The position numbers were made by a program, and so were the translations under genes. A DNA stretch of 64,000 nucleotides from Psammoneis japonica (taxonomy: Eukaryota): positions 1-64,000 of the forward strand of contig QPGO01000206.1 of NCBI GenBank assembly GCA_008632985.1, written 5' to 3'. Within the stretch, counting starts at the first letter, position 1. Every line of letters starts with the position of its first letter. The notes under the pieces are model-generated. The model made no database searches. It had not been told where the DNA came from and saw only the letters and a program-made list of their open reading frames with translations. Shown piece after piece: positions 10,476-24,225 of this stretch.

Positions 10476-12714
10476 ATGAGTGTGAAAGAAGACATTGTTG
10501 GTGCCTTCTCCGATGTCGGTCTCGACGGGGTCGATGATGAAATTCTTAGCAGGTGTAAGTCAACCTCTGAACGTCTCCTATGATCGCTGTGTGTCGCGCT
10601 GTATGCATCTCTCATACTGTAAGTTGCTCCTTGGGTTTCACTATTTTGTGATCAGGCGTTTTATTGGCTTCCTCGCTACACACGACTCCAACGCAAATGG
10701 CAGAAGTATGGGACGCGTACAGTCTCACCAAGAACCTTACAGAGCTGACCGATCACACCTTTCAAGGCTTTCGCAACGAATTATTCAAGCAAATGGATGT
10801 AGTCGACAAAGTATCTCAAAGCGATGGCGCCGTTGTTGCACGTCCGGGATTGGGCAAACGCAACTTACCCATGGTGACACCTCCCTCCAACAAGCGCACA
10901 ACTCCACCCGGCAATGCCCAGTCTTCCTCGGGCGTGGATTCAGTTGCTACTCGAGTATCCGTCAGTCCAACTAAGTCAGTTGTGACGCCAAGTCATATTT
11001 CCAAGTACGACGAACGCAAGGATGCTGACAAGGTGGAGGTTTCCTACCAACCCAACGACAAACTGATGGATGTTACTTCGGAAGATGATGTGTCATCAGG
11101 TCCAAGGTGTGTCGTATCGTATGGCTTTGATACCAACGTGAAAAAGCCTTATCGCCATATGTTTACTACTTTGGAAGAACGGGCGGATGCGTTAGACAAC
11201 CGCTTGGTGAAGATGGGAGACTTGATTGTGGAGCGTTATGGTATTGACAGCGACGACGAGGAGATTGCCTTACAAACTGTTGGGGTACCGGGTGAAGAAG
11301 TAGTTCGTTGTGTAGGAAGGATCTGTAGTGAAGTAAGTCTTCCCAAGAACTCGATCTTTTGCTCTTGCAGTTCTACAATTCTTGATGTTGCGCTTACATT
11401 TCTCTTCGATTTTTATTTGTTCAGGCTCACATGGGCAAGATGAATGACACGTCGGTTGTGCTGGAGGGATGCCGTCACGTGTCGAACGGATGCCGCATCA
11501 GCATCGACTTGTCCAAAATCAAGGAGTCCAAAGCCCCCTTCTCTCTTTTTCCCGGACAGATCGTCGCGATTGAGGGAGTTAACCATTGTGGTCGCGATAT
11601 GGTGGCGCACAAAATTTGCGAGGGCGCTGCGCACGCCGCCAACAAGAGTACAGTGGAGGATTTGATTCGCTATCATTATGACGTGCAGAATGGACAGCCA
11701 CTCAAAATTGTATCGGTTTGTGGGCCTTATACTACAAGCGACAATCTCGAGTACGCACCGCTCTTGGATTTGATGCAGGCGATCCAGAGGGAAAAGCCTG
11801 ACCTTGTCATTATGACCGGACCATTTGTTGATTTGCGACATGAACAAATCAAAGAAGGCGATTTGATGTTGGACACGGAGGATGGTACAAAAATGAACGT
11901 TGACTATGATGCATTCTTTGCTAACAAGGTGGCTGCATATATTGAAAGTTTGTTTGAAGAAGAAGAAATTCACACCCAATTTGTCCTTGTTCCTAGTATG
12001 GACGACGCCAACGCTGAATGGGTGTAAGTCTTGCAGTTACGTTTTCTACCAGATTTTCTTTGCATTGACTTAACTTCTCATTTTATCTTCGTGCATAGGT
12101 ACCCTCAAGCACCCCTGACCGATCGAGTGCCAAATGGAGGAAAGCTTGTGTCTTTCCCTGGCTTGGACGGACTTGAGTTTGGAACCCTTGGGTTGCACCA
12201 TGTCGAGACGGCTGGAGAAACGTCAACGAAAAAGAGTCGCCGGGTTCATTGTGTATCCAACCCTTGTACCCTCAAGGTGAACGAGATTGTGATTGGCGTT
12301 GGCTCTGCAGACGTTCTCTTTGATATGAACAAGAATGCCACCAACGGAAACCTTGTTCCTGGCACCACCATTATGCGCATGGCGCAGCACTTGCTTCTTC
12401 AGCAATCTTACTATCCTCTCTTTCCGTCCGAAGAAGCAAATTTGGACTTGAAGCATATGCAGCAGTGTGATATGCCTTGTCAACCGGACGTGTTGATTGT
12501 TCCATCCAAGCTCCAGCGCTTTGCTCGTACCGTGTTGGAGCATACGGTCGTTGTGAACCCCGGATATTTAAGTCGGGGCCCTACTGGCGGGACGTACTCG
12601 ACCATGAACATTCATCCGATTCCCCGCGAGACACTTGAAAACGCCGCTGACGGTACCGTGGAGATGGAGCATAATGTTCATGATCGAATCCAAGTGGAAA
12701 TCAAACGTATCTAA
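10476..12714 (+). CDS. POLA2: DNA polymerase alpha subunit B; exons 10476-10554, 10656-11332, 11425-12023, 12099-12714
   Basis: GT-AG introns restore the frame. Motifs: YRHMFTTLEERADALD, VGRICSEAH, FSLFPGQIVAIEG, GPYTTSDNLEY, PDLVIMTGPFVD, VSNPCTLKVNE, QSYYPLFP, PDVLIVPSKL, VVNPG. Confidence 0.95.
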
Positions 12715-13622
12715 TGCCTGTCAATAAATGTTACGGAGAGCGGGAAATGGAAGGGATCTGGGAACACTGTGGATGTGTAGGATAAAGCAAAGTACTAGCA
12801 ACAATTGCGTTACCAGCATTGCGAAAAAGGTATTCATGGTCTCTTCGATGGACATAGAATTCAAGGTTTTGTCCTAATTTCTAGAAGTACTCTGGTAGCC
12901 AAGTCCGATTTCGCTCTTTCTTCTCGTCGTATTCTAGATTACTACCGGTATGGTTTATCTTCCAAAGCACGATTCAGAGCGTCGTCTCCAGCTTCCTACT
13001 TCTCCACTCTTCAGTGTTCCAAGATGCTGTTGTTGTTGGATGCATGTGACACCCGAAACGTTGGTTAATGCACCCTGAGGACGTACAACGAAGAGAACTT
13101 GTTCCTTCCCTGATTTTTCTTGCTGGAAACGTTAGAAAAGGTCAGTGGGTATGGCCGATAGATTTCTAAGGCAGCAAGGCGCTCCTATCAAATGGCTAGA
13201 CCATACTGTACTACAAAGAACGAGCGCTGCCTTATTTTTCTTCTTGCCTTGGTTGGTTGTTTCGGCCTCTGCATTTTGTGGCGAAAAATCTTTTTATACA
13301 AAAGCTCTGTGCTCGTATGTTTATTACGTTCAGGGCAGTATGATTTCTTATCTAGTTCTAATAAACCTCAATTTCATATATCAAATGAATATCGTTGAAA
13401 AAAATTCTCAACGGACTATTAGGATCTCCATTCATTATATACCTATAAAATTTGATGTTCGATCCAACGATCACGCAACGTCACCCGCCTCTTTCTTCCG
13501 TCTCGTTTCGTCCTCCACACGCAATGATCGGCAACACAGACTGACGGTTTTGGTGGCTTTGTCCGTCTTGTCCTGGCTGAGAAAAGTCTACAGCTTCTGA
13601 TATCGTGAGTGTCATTTCTAGA

Positions 13623-15217
13623 ATGGGAAATCGAAGAGCACTGAAACAGTCTCGAACAATCTTGAGAAAGGGGAGAATACGAAATGACCGACGCGAGGGA
13701 ATGACTACAGTTCAAAAGGTGTGGCTTTCACTTGCTGTGCTTTTGTTTCTTCAATTGATTGGATGGTTGTTTGTGATCTTTGTGTGGAGGCAGGGAGGCA
13801 GCAATGAGGCCAGTTCTGTTCCTCCCCATGATTTGCTCAGCCGTGGAGGACTGAGACGAATGTACGCGAGCAACAGGTTGAATCATCTGCTCGGCGCAGC
13901 CTACACCGTGGGCGGAGTCGACGATCTTTTGAAACTTGGATATGGCGTACGCCCCAGACTTGTGATCTACACCAATCATATTCTGGATGAGATCCTTGAG
14001 CCTGACAGACCGTCATTTCAGCGACTTCCCGACGACTACCCGGTGTATCCAAGCAAGAGGGAAATGAATATTTCCGCTGACGATTTGGAACGACGGAATG
14101 ACATTGTGAACAACAGCAAGCATTACGTCAGGCATGCGAAATATGCAGTTTACGAAGAATATCCAGAGTGCAACCAATGTACGAGTGGCAGTCCAAGTCT
14201 TTTCCGGCTTGCAACAATGTGCATGAGATCGACATGTCTGATTTTAACTATGAACGGAACAAGTATCATCGGCAGATTTACTACAAAGCACATGGATACT
14301 TTCGTGATGTCTTTGTGATTCGAGATATCAACCAGGAAAAGCGTGTATTAAAAACGCTGCGCTATTGGCACACGTTTGACGAATTGAATTTCGATCGACA
14401 CCGAAAAGATGCGGTAGCCATGGAGCGTTTGACGGCTTCGCCATATGTTATGGATATTTATGGATTTTGTGGGCAAACGGCCATCTTTGACTTTGGTGAG
14501 GAAGGCAATATCGATACGGCTCTCTGGGAATCGGACCACACCATGACGTATATGGAGCGACTCAAGGCAGCAACGCAGGTGTCTCAGGCTGTGACGAGCC
14601 TTCACACTTTCTTCGACAAGGCCCCTGCCATTGCACACACTGATATTATGACCAACCAATTCATTTATTCGAATGGAATGTACAAGCTCAACGACTTTAA
14701 TCGCTGTATCTTTCTCTATTGGAACACAACAAGCAACAGCGGCAACTGTCCTTTCAAGTTTCCTGACGAGAATGCTTGGACGTTCAGGTCTCCCGAAGAA
14801 TATATCTACGGGTTTCAATCGGAAAAGATTGATGTGTACAGCATGGGTAATATCTTTTTCACTTTGCTAGAAGACGATTTTCCTTTCCATGAAGTTGGTG
14901 ACGACATAAGCACCGAAACCGTTCAAACGTGGGTCAAAGAAGGGAGGCGCCCCGACTTTGTGACCAATGCTCACATTCGAAACACCACACACCCAGCGGT
15001 GCTTGCAGTCAAGCATGCAATGTATATGAGCTGGAAGCACGATTGGCGAGAACGAGCTTCTGCAAAGGAAGTGCAGGATTATTTGATTGCAGAGCTAGCC
15101 CGGATTGAACAATTTGAGTTGGACAAGAAGTGGCAGGAAGAACACCAAGAGACGACGATGCAGGTAGCGGCCAAAGACCAACAGAGCGACGAGGAAAAGG
15201 ATCAATCAGTAAAGTAG
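13623..15217 (+). CDS. Type II membrane-anchored protein kinase-like protein (PKDCC/VLK-like); 1-nt frameshift near 14172
   Basis: N-terminal TM helix VWLSLAVLLFLQLIGWLFVIFVW. Kinase motifs: VLKTLR, DAVAMERLT, IAHTDIMTNQF, KLNDFNRC, FRSPEEY, EKIDVYSMGNIF. Confidence 0.8.
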
Positions 15218-15662
15218 CATCTCTGCACTCAATCACGCTTACAGTTTCATTCTTGCGTTGGATTTCTTCCCTACGTACTAGTCTACCAAGGGATGATTCC
15301 AGCCAAGAGAGGCTGCTCTACCCAGTTTCTCCAGAAGATTCGTTGACACACTTGTGAGATCACACGAATCTTTCTAACACAGCATAAAGTAGATAAGACT
15401 TTAGAGATCACGGATATATACTAAAACTAAAACACACAACAAACGAGAAGGAGCGACTGTTTCCAAGACAACAGTAGACTTTTCGAAAAGACACGTCAAA
15501 AAGCTTATCGGCTGCGCCGTTTTGCTAACACCCATAACCTTTTATTTTAAATGCATGCCCTATCGCCGCGCCGGGCGCCGGGTACCGGTATCCATCATGC
15601 AGCACCAAAAATCGATGGCCATGAGGAATTCATCCGCTGAACGGGATCGTTCCATGACGCTA

Positions 15663-16618
15663 ATGAAAGTAGCCATGTTGATTGCTTTGCTGGGCAGATT
15701 TCGCGTGTTTCATCATTTGCAGGTCCACGTGGCAAGTCGTCTTTTCTTCCCGCTTGTTCGAGAATGTATGCCACTCCCCCTTCTGGCAGTAGTTGTACTG
15801 AGGAGGTAGCACATCATGAATCAAGCCCTTTGATAGTGGAGGAACCTCTTTTAAGATCAGAAGGCCTCCTTGCCGTCGTCAAGCCTCTAGAGTGGACCTC
15901 ACAAGACGTTGTAGCGTATGTTCGACGCATTTTGGAAAGCGATGCTCGTAAGCGGGGACTGAAGCCTGCCCGGGTGGGTGCACGAGGAAGAAACAAGAGC
16001 AGGATTGTCAAAGTGGGCCATGGCGGTACATTGGATCCTCTTGCAACTGGATTATTGGTCTTGGGGGTCGGGAAGGGAACAAAGCAGCTACAAAATTATT
16101 TGACAGGATCCAAGCAATACGTTGCCACTGCTGAGCTCGGGTTCGAAACCACAACTCTTGACATGGAGGGAAATGTGACCAAGAAAGAATCGTTCGATCA
16201 CGTCTCTCTTGATACTATTGAGAAAGTGCTTCCGAACTTTACCGGGACCATACAGCAAGTCCCTCCAATCTTTAGTGCCATTCGTAAGGGTGGGAAAAAA
16301 CTATATCAGGCGGCAAGAGAGGGCAAGACTCCAGATGATTTGAAGATCGAGCCGCGAGAGGTCGAGGTACACCGCATTAAAATATTGCACAGTGAAAACC
16401 TATCACTGCCGCATTTTGGGATGGAAATAGAGTGTGGAAAAGGCACATATATCAGGTCACTAATTCGTGACATTGGCCACAAAATAGACACCGTCGCCAC
16501 CATGACGGGTTTGGAAAGAACAAAACAGGGACAATTCACTCTGGAAACAGCCCTTGTTAAGGAAGAGTGGACAGCTGACAACATTTATGCTGCAATCGAT
16601 GCATTCAATGTTGACTAA
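15663..16618 (+). CDS. truB: tRNA pseudouridine(55) synthase, probably organelle-targeted (presequence joined across an apparent frameshift near 15695)
   Basis: VVKPLEWTSQDVV, KVGHGGTLDPLATGLLVLGVG, QVPPIFSAIRKGGKKLY, CGKGTYIRSLIRDIG, LERTKQG. Confidence 0.93.
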
Positions 16619-16687
16619 ATACTTTTGGAATTTTAGACTACATTTCAAACCAAACTTCAGTCAGACGAAAGCAACTCTGAGTAGATA

Positions 16688-19600
16688 TTAAGTTCGAGTC
16701 AAGCTCTTATAGGCTTCCGTGACAGCCTGGAATCTCGTCGCCGTGTCTGGCAACTTTGATTTGTCCGGGTGGTAGGCCAAGGCGAGTCTACGGTATTGGG
16801 CTTTGATGACGTGGACCGGGCAACCGGGTGGTAAACCGAGCCTTGCGTACAAGTTTGGCCACTTGTAATGATCCCAGCGTAGCTTGGAAATATCTTCAAC
16901 TGGACGAGTGAAAACTGGTTGTCTGCCGGTACTAGCGGCTGCGCCGCGTTGAACAGCTCGTGCACGTGCTTCTCTGATAAGTCGTTCCTGCTCCTGCTGT
17001 GCAGCGCTTTGAGAATAGTTGTAGTTGTACGCGGTATCGTTGGGAAATTTCGCCGCGCTTTGAGAATAGTTGTAGCTGTACTCGGTATCGTTGCGAAATT
17101 TTGGCTTTGAAAACACAAAATTAGTGTTCTGTGAGTTGGGTTTTGCGGCATTTTCGGGTCTTGCTGTGCGAAGATTAGGAGGTACGTTCGCCTTTGCTGC
17201 TTTCCGCTTGGCAGCCCCGGGTTGCGGACACGGCTTCGCAGCACTCGCACCATACACTTGCTGAGCCCGCGGTGCTCCTGAACAGAAACTTCGAAGTGGC
17301 CTTTTTGTGGGCGGGATGCTTTCTGATGAGGAGTGCAACGATCGCTTATCGCAATTGTCGTTCTCGCTCAAATCAATGACAGCAGCTCGTTTTGGTGCCT
17401 TCGGCTTGCTTTCGGTACATCTGGATGCAACATCATCAACGTCTTCACTCAAATCAATGATAGTCTTCTTGGTCTTCGAGGAACGATGTTGGGTACTCGT
17501 GACTTTGGGCTTCTTAAGCGTTGGTTTTGCCTTTTTGAGAACAGGAGAAATTTCGTCATCGCTGCTGTCGATCACGATTGGGTCATTGGGACCTACTCGT
17601 GCACGTTTTAATGCTGATGGTTGAGTCCCAGGGACTTCCCGTTGTTCCAACCTCGCTCTCTCTCCCTCGCTCTCAAGACGGCAGTCGCTCACAATGTGGC
17701 TGTCAATGTTGCAAGAAGTTTCTTTCCCATTCGCTTGATCAGTTGCGCTCGCTTTCTTGTTATCAGACACCTGCTGGCGGCCTGTTCCAATTTCGCGTAA
17801 CGACTTCGACCTCTCAGGGCCATCGTCGCATGCACTGCTATCCTTGGCATGCGCTGACGACGTCGTAATACGATCCATATTGTAATTTTGCTTCATTGGC
17901 ATTTCACTTCCTTTCATTTCTGTTGTTTGTCGTTTCATTTCTGTTGTATGTTGTTGCGGCTGTGCAATAAGATCGCATTCAACATCTCCCGCACTTCTGT
18001 CGAAAGTATGCTCCTTTGAACCCTCGCCGTTGGCAACACCAATATTGTGGCTCAGCGGGTGTGTCATCTGCTCCGCTGAATCTAAACCCTTGCTCGTCTT
18101 TCTAGATTTGGCAATGCAATCGTCTACATGCACTCGAATACCCATAGGTTCCCTGGAAGGCGCCAACGGCGAACTACTCCCATGGCCGACACCATTCGTC
18201 TGAAGTTCGGCCACGCTGGCTAGATCCACATCGCTAAACTTGGCTGTATCTTTGCACTCCCCGCTAGGTTTCTTTGCGACTTTGTCCATCTCTTTACATT
18301 CGAGATCTGTATTCTGGGAGGAGGGTGCGCCTGACGACGGAGACGCACGTTCGCTGGCCATTTCCGTGTCCTTTCTTAACCCCGCACCGCTGATGTCAGT
18401 CAAGATAGCGCGTGACGGTCTTTCGTTGCAATAAGTGTCCGAAGATAGTTTCGAGGACTTGACAAGCTCACCATCTGACGAAGCATCTCTCGTTGTGTAA
18501 CGAGATGACAAATTCTTCTGCATCTGATTTTCTCTTGGCGCTGCTTTAACTCGAGAGCTACCGGGATCAGAAGTTTGAATTTCTCCTAGTCGGGAGAACG
18601 AGGCACTTTCTCCGTTGTTTCCTTGATCCTCAGACTTGTTTATATCGATGCCGTTTTGATCTGCCGCCAGAGGCAGAATCTTTTCTCTCGATCCTTCGGT
18701 GGAGCTGACAGCCACCGAGCAACGGGCGCGTTCGCTGCCTATATCGACCACACCCGCGGATGCCACGTGCAGCCCTTCAGCTTGAGCCGGAAGTTTCGCA
18801 GAAATACTGAATGGTTCTTCTGCCGCTTTCGTATTTCGTGCAGCCAATGGATGCTGGGTCGTGTCTTCCGCATTAGCACCATCACCTTGCTTCTCATTCA
18901 CATTTCTCTCCGGCGTTTGCTTTGCGTTCGGTTTATCTAAAACTGGTCGATCAACGCTGCGCTTGTCATCCTTCTGCACAGTGTTAACATCATTCTGCTG
19001 TTTCTCTTCAATCACTGCTGCAAACGGACCTTCTCCCGCATCCATTCCCCGTGCATCTATCGGCTTTGCCAGTACTGGCTTTTCAGAACATCGGTCGGTA
19101 CTGACTGGCTTCCCTTCCTCGTCGATGCCTCTTTTTCCTGTTAACCCTACAGCATCTTCCTTTGCAGTTGCTTTGGGTGGAGCCTTGAACGCCACATCTC
19201 TCTTTTCACCGAATATTGCCGCACCCGGTGCTATGCGTAAGCCCTTTTCAGTATTCGGTTGGGCTGTACTCTTCGAACTCTCGGCTTGACCTCCGCTACT
19301 GTAGGATCCTCTGTTACCTTGTCGACTAGATCGCTTCGTTGAGCTAGTCTTTTGTTCGGCTTCGGGTTTCTTCTTGGTCTTTTCTTCCGCCCGAGACCAT
19401 GTTTTGTTGGGGAATAACTTCTTCTGTCGCCGATTCTTGGGCGATTGCTTTTTCCGTTTTTTTCCTTCGATACGATCCGGGTGATCCTTCCTAACCTCTT
19501 TACGCCTGCCAACGGCGCGCCTTTTATCAGTCAGCAGCACTTCTCTTTCTTTCGCTCGAGTCGTCTGTTGTTGTTTCCCTAACGTTCTCGAGACATATGC

Positions 19601-22331
19601 CGCACTGGCTTTCATGCAACTTTCCGCTGAACTCTTGTCTTCGGCCCGCACCATAGGCCGTGTCGTCTGCTCGACGGAATCTACACTTTCGCTCGTCTTC
19701 GTAGAGTCGGGAGTGCAATCGTTTACGTGAAATGGAGGACCCACAGGCTTCCTCGAAGAAACCGGCGGTCCCTTTCTGCCCAAAGCACTTCTCCCGTGAG
19801 CGTTGCCATTCTTGTGTAGTCTAGACACGTTGTCCTCCAGATCTACTGTGCAAGCCAATGCTGCCTTTCTACACTCCCTGCTAGGCTTCTCTGATATGCC
19901 GTCCACCTTCTTGCCTTCGATATCTGTACTAAGGGAGGCGGCGCCTGACGACTGAACATTAGACATACTTTCGCTCGCTCTCTTTGAGTCATCATCCTTG
20001 AGGCAACCACTTCTGGTCTCAGCCAACATCGCATGTTTCCCTTGTTCACTGCTGTAATTGTGAACACTCTGTCTCAGAAAGCTGACAGTCGCTGCCCCCG
20101 ACGAAGCCTTTCCCGTTGTAAAAGGAGGTGAAACGCCAACTCTAACACATGCAGGATTCCTTTGTATTTCGTTTTCTCTCGACGTCTCCTGCTCTCGAGA
20201 GCGACCGGGATCGGGCGTTTGAACTTCTGGAAGACGGGAGAACGAGGCACTTTTCCCCTTATTTTCTCGATCCTCGGACTTGCCGACTTCGCAGCCGTTA
20301 TGTTTGGCTATCGTAGGAAGTTTGGTTATCGTAGGAAGACTCGTTTGTTTCGGTCCTTCGGTGGAGCTGACAGCCACCGAGCAAGGGGTGCGTTCACTGC
20401 CCATAACGATAACCTCTGCGCTTGCAACGTGCAGCGCTTCAGTTTGAGCCGTATGGTCCGCAGAAACATTAATTCGCTCTTTTCTCGTTTCCTTTTTGCG
20501 TACAACAAAGGATTCTGGGATGCGCCTTCCCCGATGGCACTAACCGTTTGCTTTTTCGTTGCACTTTTCCACCTCGTTTGCTTTCCGTTCGCTACATCCA
20601 GACATGGCTGATCAACACCGCGCGCGACATTCTTCTGCATACTCCCGGACTGACTCTTTTGTTTCTTTTCAACCATCACTGGTGCCAATGGACCATCCCC
20701 TGCATCCGTTTGCCCTGTACCCATTGGAGTTGTGATCGCTGGCTTTTCAGAGCAATCGTCGGCATTGATTGGCTTCCCTTTCTGGACCGCTTTTGGAGGA
20801 GCCTTGAACACAACATCTTTCTTGTCACCAAATATTGCCGCCCCCGGTGCTATGCGCAAGCCCTTTTCAGCCGTCGTTTCGGTGATATTCTTGGAAGTCT
20901 TGGCTTGATCTCCGCTCTCGAGTGGTCCTCGTTTAGCATGACGAGGATGGCTCGTTCTAGCTGTGAGTTTTTGTTCGTGCTGGGGATTTTCCTTGGCATT
21001 CTCCTTCGCTCGAGACCACGTTTTGTTAGGGAACAACTTTTCTTGCGTCACATTAGATGACGACTGCTTTTTCCGTCTTTTCTGTACACTGTTATCTTGC
21101 GGTTCCAGTCGGCTTCGCTTTCCCCCCCTTTCGGTACTAGCTCTTTCCCGCTGATAATCTCCCCTGAAATTAGCATGGCTCTGATGATTCTTTGTTGAGA
21201 GCAAACCTCCTCTCCGTCTGACATCCCCACGACCTTCACTACGTACGCCATCTGCATTTGACCCGAGATTAGGAGGAAGCCGCCGTTGTTGTTCTCGAGG
21301 GAGACGCCTATCGATATAGAACGACTCTCTTCTTCTCATTTCATCAGTCTCATGTTGCATGCGTGTAGGAGGCGTCCCCAAGGGTTGTCCGTTGTCGTGA
21401 CGGAAAAAGTGGTGGGCTTGATTGTTACCCCTGTAATCGTTTCTTCCCAAGTCTCGTCGTATTGGAGGCAAATGACAAGGCCGCTGGAATTCTCGGCGAA
21501 AGCCGCTTTCTTTTGCTTGAAACCCGTTGCTGTTTCGTTCTCTTTGTGTATTACCTGCCCCTCGTTTATCGACTCTTTGTTTCTTTTGTTTCTTTGTTTC
21601 TTTCGCTTCTTCTTTTTCTTCTTCTGAGTAGAATGATCACCACCCGAATCTTTTTTTTCACATCGTGAATCAGATGCACCGAGCGACTTATCCATAATAT
21701 TATTTGTGCTATGATCCGTTTTTTGAACAGGAGGAGTGGCTTTAGTAGATGCCGCAGCAGCTGACTGAATTCGGTTGATATTTGCTTCATTCTTCTGCTT
21801 CTTCAGTTTCCGTTGCATACGTTTCTTTTTTCTCTTAGAAACTGGTGAGTCAGTAGATTTTGCGTCATGATTCCGAGGCTTGCTTGGTATTTGCTGAAAC
21901 GCATTGTCGCATGGGAGAGCGTCCAAGTCAACGCAGTCCCAGAAATCTCCGTGATTCTGTGGCAACTTTTGTGGCTTTGCGCTTCGTTCGTCGGTTTCTC
22001 CCTCCCAGTAAATATCAACGACGTCAGGCATATAGTTCGCACCAATAGGTTCATACTGATCCATATGCGCAACACCACCTGGCCGGGTTGGCTGCGTCGA
22101 TTTAGTTTCGCCTGTCAAGTCAATGACATTATGTTCACTCCGGTTCGCATCTGCCTGTATCGCTCCATCAGGACCAGAGAGACTGCGCCCTGGAACGACT
22201 GTCTCTCCACTTCCAAACGTCTTTTGGGTTATTGCCTCCATTTCATGTCTCCACGTTAACGTAAGACCACTGTCGTTTCGTCGTCGCCTTACTACTTCTA
22301 TGATAGCGGCACTGCTTGACAGCGTCGTCAT
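16688..22331 (-). CDS. Very long low-complexity protein with a C-terminal DnaJ (J) domain; frameshifts near 21470 and 20450-20520
   Basis: C-terminal LYARLGLPPG..IKAQYRRLALAYHPDK..RFQAVTEAYKSL. Three consecutive overlapping ORFs (21336-22532, 20326-21471, 16688-20404) share repeated peptides. Confidence 0.7.
18070..21050 (-). repeat. Diverged ~1.6-kb intragenic tandem duplication in the J-domain gene (about 19660-21050 and 18070-19430)
   Basis: KLFPNKTWSRA, EKGLRIAPGAAIFG.K.DV.FKAPPKA, GSER..CSVAVSSTEG and SASFSRL.E.QT.DPG each occur twice, about 1.6 kb apart. Confidence 0.85.
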
Positions 22332-22758
22332 TGAGCGAACAGAACACACGTGCAGAAAAACAAGCGGACGCACGGCAACGGACAGGCGCGCATTGAAACT
22401 GGACGGATGATGGACGGGCGATGGAGCTTTCTCGTGCACGCGCGCGCGCCTTGCGCACGCGAACAATGAATGGCCTGAGCAACATCCAACTTCAACATTT
22501 GCATGAATATCTTCATGATTGAGTAAAATCAATACTTATCATGATAGATTTGCCTCCACGTGAAACCAAAACTTGTTGGAGGGACATCATCCAACATCAA
22601 CCATCACCGATCGATCAGCGTGTGTGCATGTGTGCAATCTGTGTGGCGTACGCATGTTGTTTGTCGATACTACTGCATTACCAAAACCATTGCGAGAGTT
22701 GACGCTCTGTGGTTGGCATTGAGAGTGACGAGTACAGTACAGGATTATTGTAGAAAAC

Positions 22759-24225
22759 ATGGGAAAGAAGGCAAAGTCATCAAGTGGTATTGCAAAGGCC
22801 GCGAGTCGCAAGCTCGACAAATCAACTCTGCCAGAGCCGCCGCCTCCACCAGAAGAAGAAGTAAGCAACTTGCATTGCGTTTGGATTTTCTTTGTGCCGT
22901 GCAGTTCGATGACTGTTTTGACTGACTTCGAGGTGGCTCACTGAAGCTTTGTTATTACGCTGCAATCTCTCGTTCATCAGCACGGTTCATCAAAGCCTTT
23001 GGAAAAGCCTTCGCTTCCCGGTACCGGTTTTAAGGTTTTGGGTGAAGAAGCTTACGATGACGGCGGAGTGGCTGATTTAAGTCTGCTTATTGATTTGGAC
23101 GACAAAGTCCAGAGACGCCGGCGTGGAGAAAACGAGTACTTTACTGCGCTCAAGGCGGATCTGTTGCCGCGTGCCACTCGCGGTCCGATGGCCAACATGC
23201 CTCGTCGCGAACAAAAGGTCAGTCTTGCTCAGTTGTTATTTTCGGAAGACGACGGTGCAGAAGACAGAGGCCCATCCGAGGTTTACTATGATCAAGTGGA
23301 CGGAGAAGAAGATGAGGCCACGATGAAACAAAGAGCGGACCGCTTGACTCAGGCGAGGTCTGCTCTTCGATTGTCGCTCTTGTTGCGAGAGGCTGCTTGT
23401 GCCAGTCTCAGTCTTTCAGAGCTTTGTAAGAGGAGGCTAACTTTTTACGGCAAGGCGGGAGCCCCTGATGCTATGCGATGCGCAGATAAGGCCATTGAGA
23501 TTGCCGGAGATGGTTTCTGGGATGGAGATGAGATTGCTATTGAGGTGAGAAGAACGAGAAATTTCGCCCGTCCAGAATTAATTTCGTGCCTTGTTTGTTG
23601 GAACAGGATTCACGCGTGTTGCTGCGGATGCAAAATATAGGCCGAAGAAGAAGTAGTGGTGGATCCAAAGTACGAGAAGAACGCCACAACGCCTGGACTG
23701 GCGCATCCTTCAACTCTGAAGCTGCTTCCCATGCGCGTGTCGCACTTGTGCATGCGCTCCGCACTCCTGCAGCGAGGAAATGCTTTGGCTGCCCAGGGCA
23801 AGGAAGAAGAAGCTCGCGAGTCGTATGAAAAAGTTTTCCCGCTTGTTGAGAACGAACCCCGCTGTGCACGCGTCGATTGGGAGCGTCATTCGCTCTATAT
23901 TAACATTGGGAATACCTTTTCCAGGTCGGGTGATTACGACCTTGCTAATGAGCAGTATAAGATTGCTGAATCCATGGGCCAGGATCATCTGAACGAGGAG
24001 GGCGGCAGTGTTAATGACGGAAAAGGTATGATTAATGCTGCAAAACGCGCGAGAGCCTTCGCCCTCAGGAGAGCTGGTAAAGACGATGAAGCGAAAGCCC
24101 TTTTGAAGGAAGTTTTGGACGCGCAGATTAAGCAGGATCTTGAACAGGCGCAGAAGAAGAAAGAGGAAGCAGAGGCTGCTGCAGCAGAAGCTGCTAAAGA
24201 AGGTGCTACGCCTGAGGCATCTTAG
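22759..24225 (+). CDS. TPR-like repeat protein; exons 22759-22860, 22981-23544, 23641-24225
   Basis: Canonical GT-AG introns restore the frame. Helical repeats [25 protein letters not shown] and [25 protein letters not shown]. Confidence 0.8.

Noticed and set aside
12805..13600. ORFs upstream of the kinase gene
   Set aside because: AT-rich, intergenic-like sequence with no recognisable domain.
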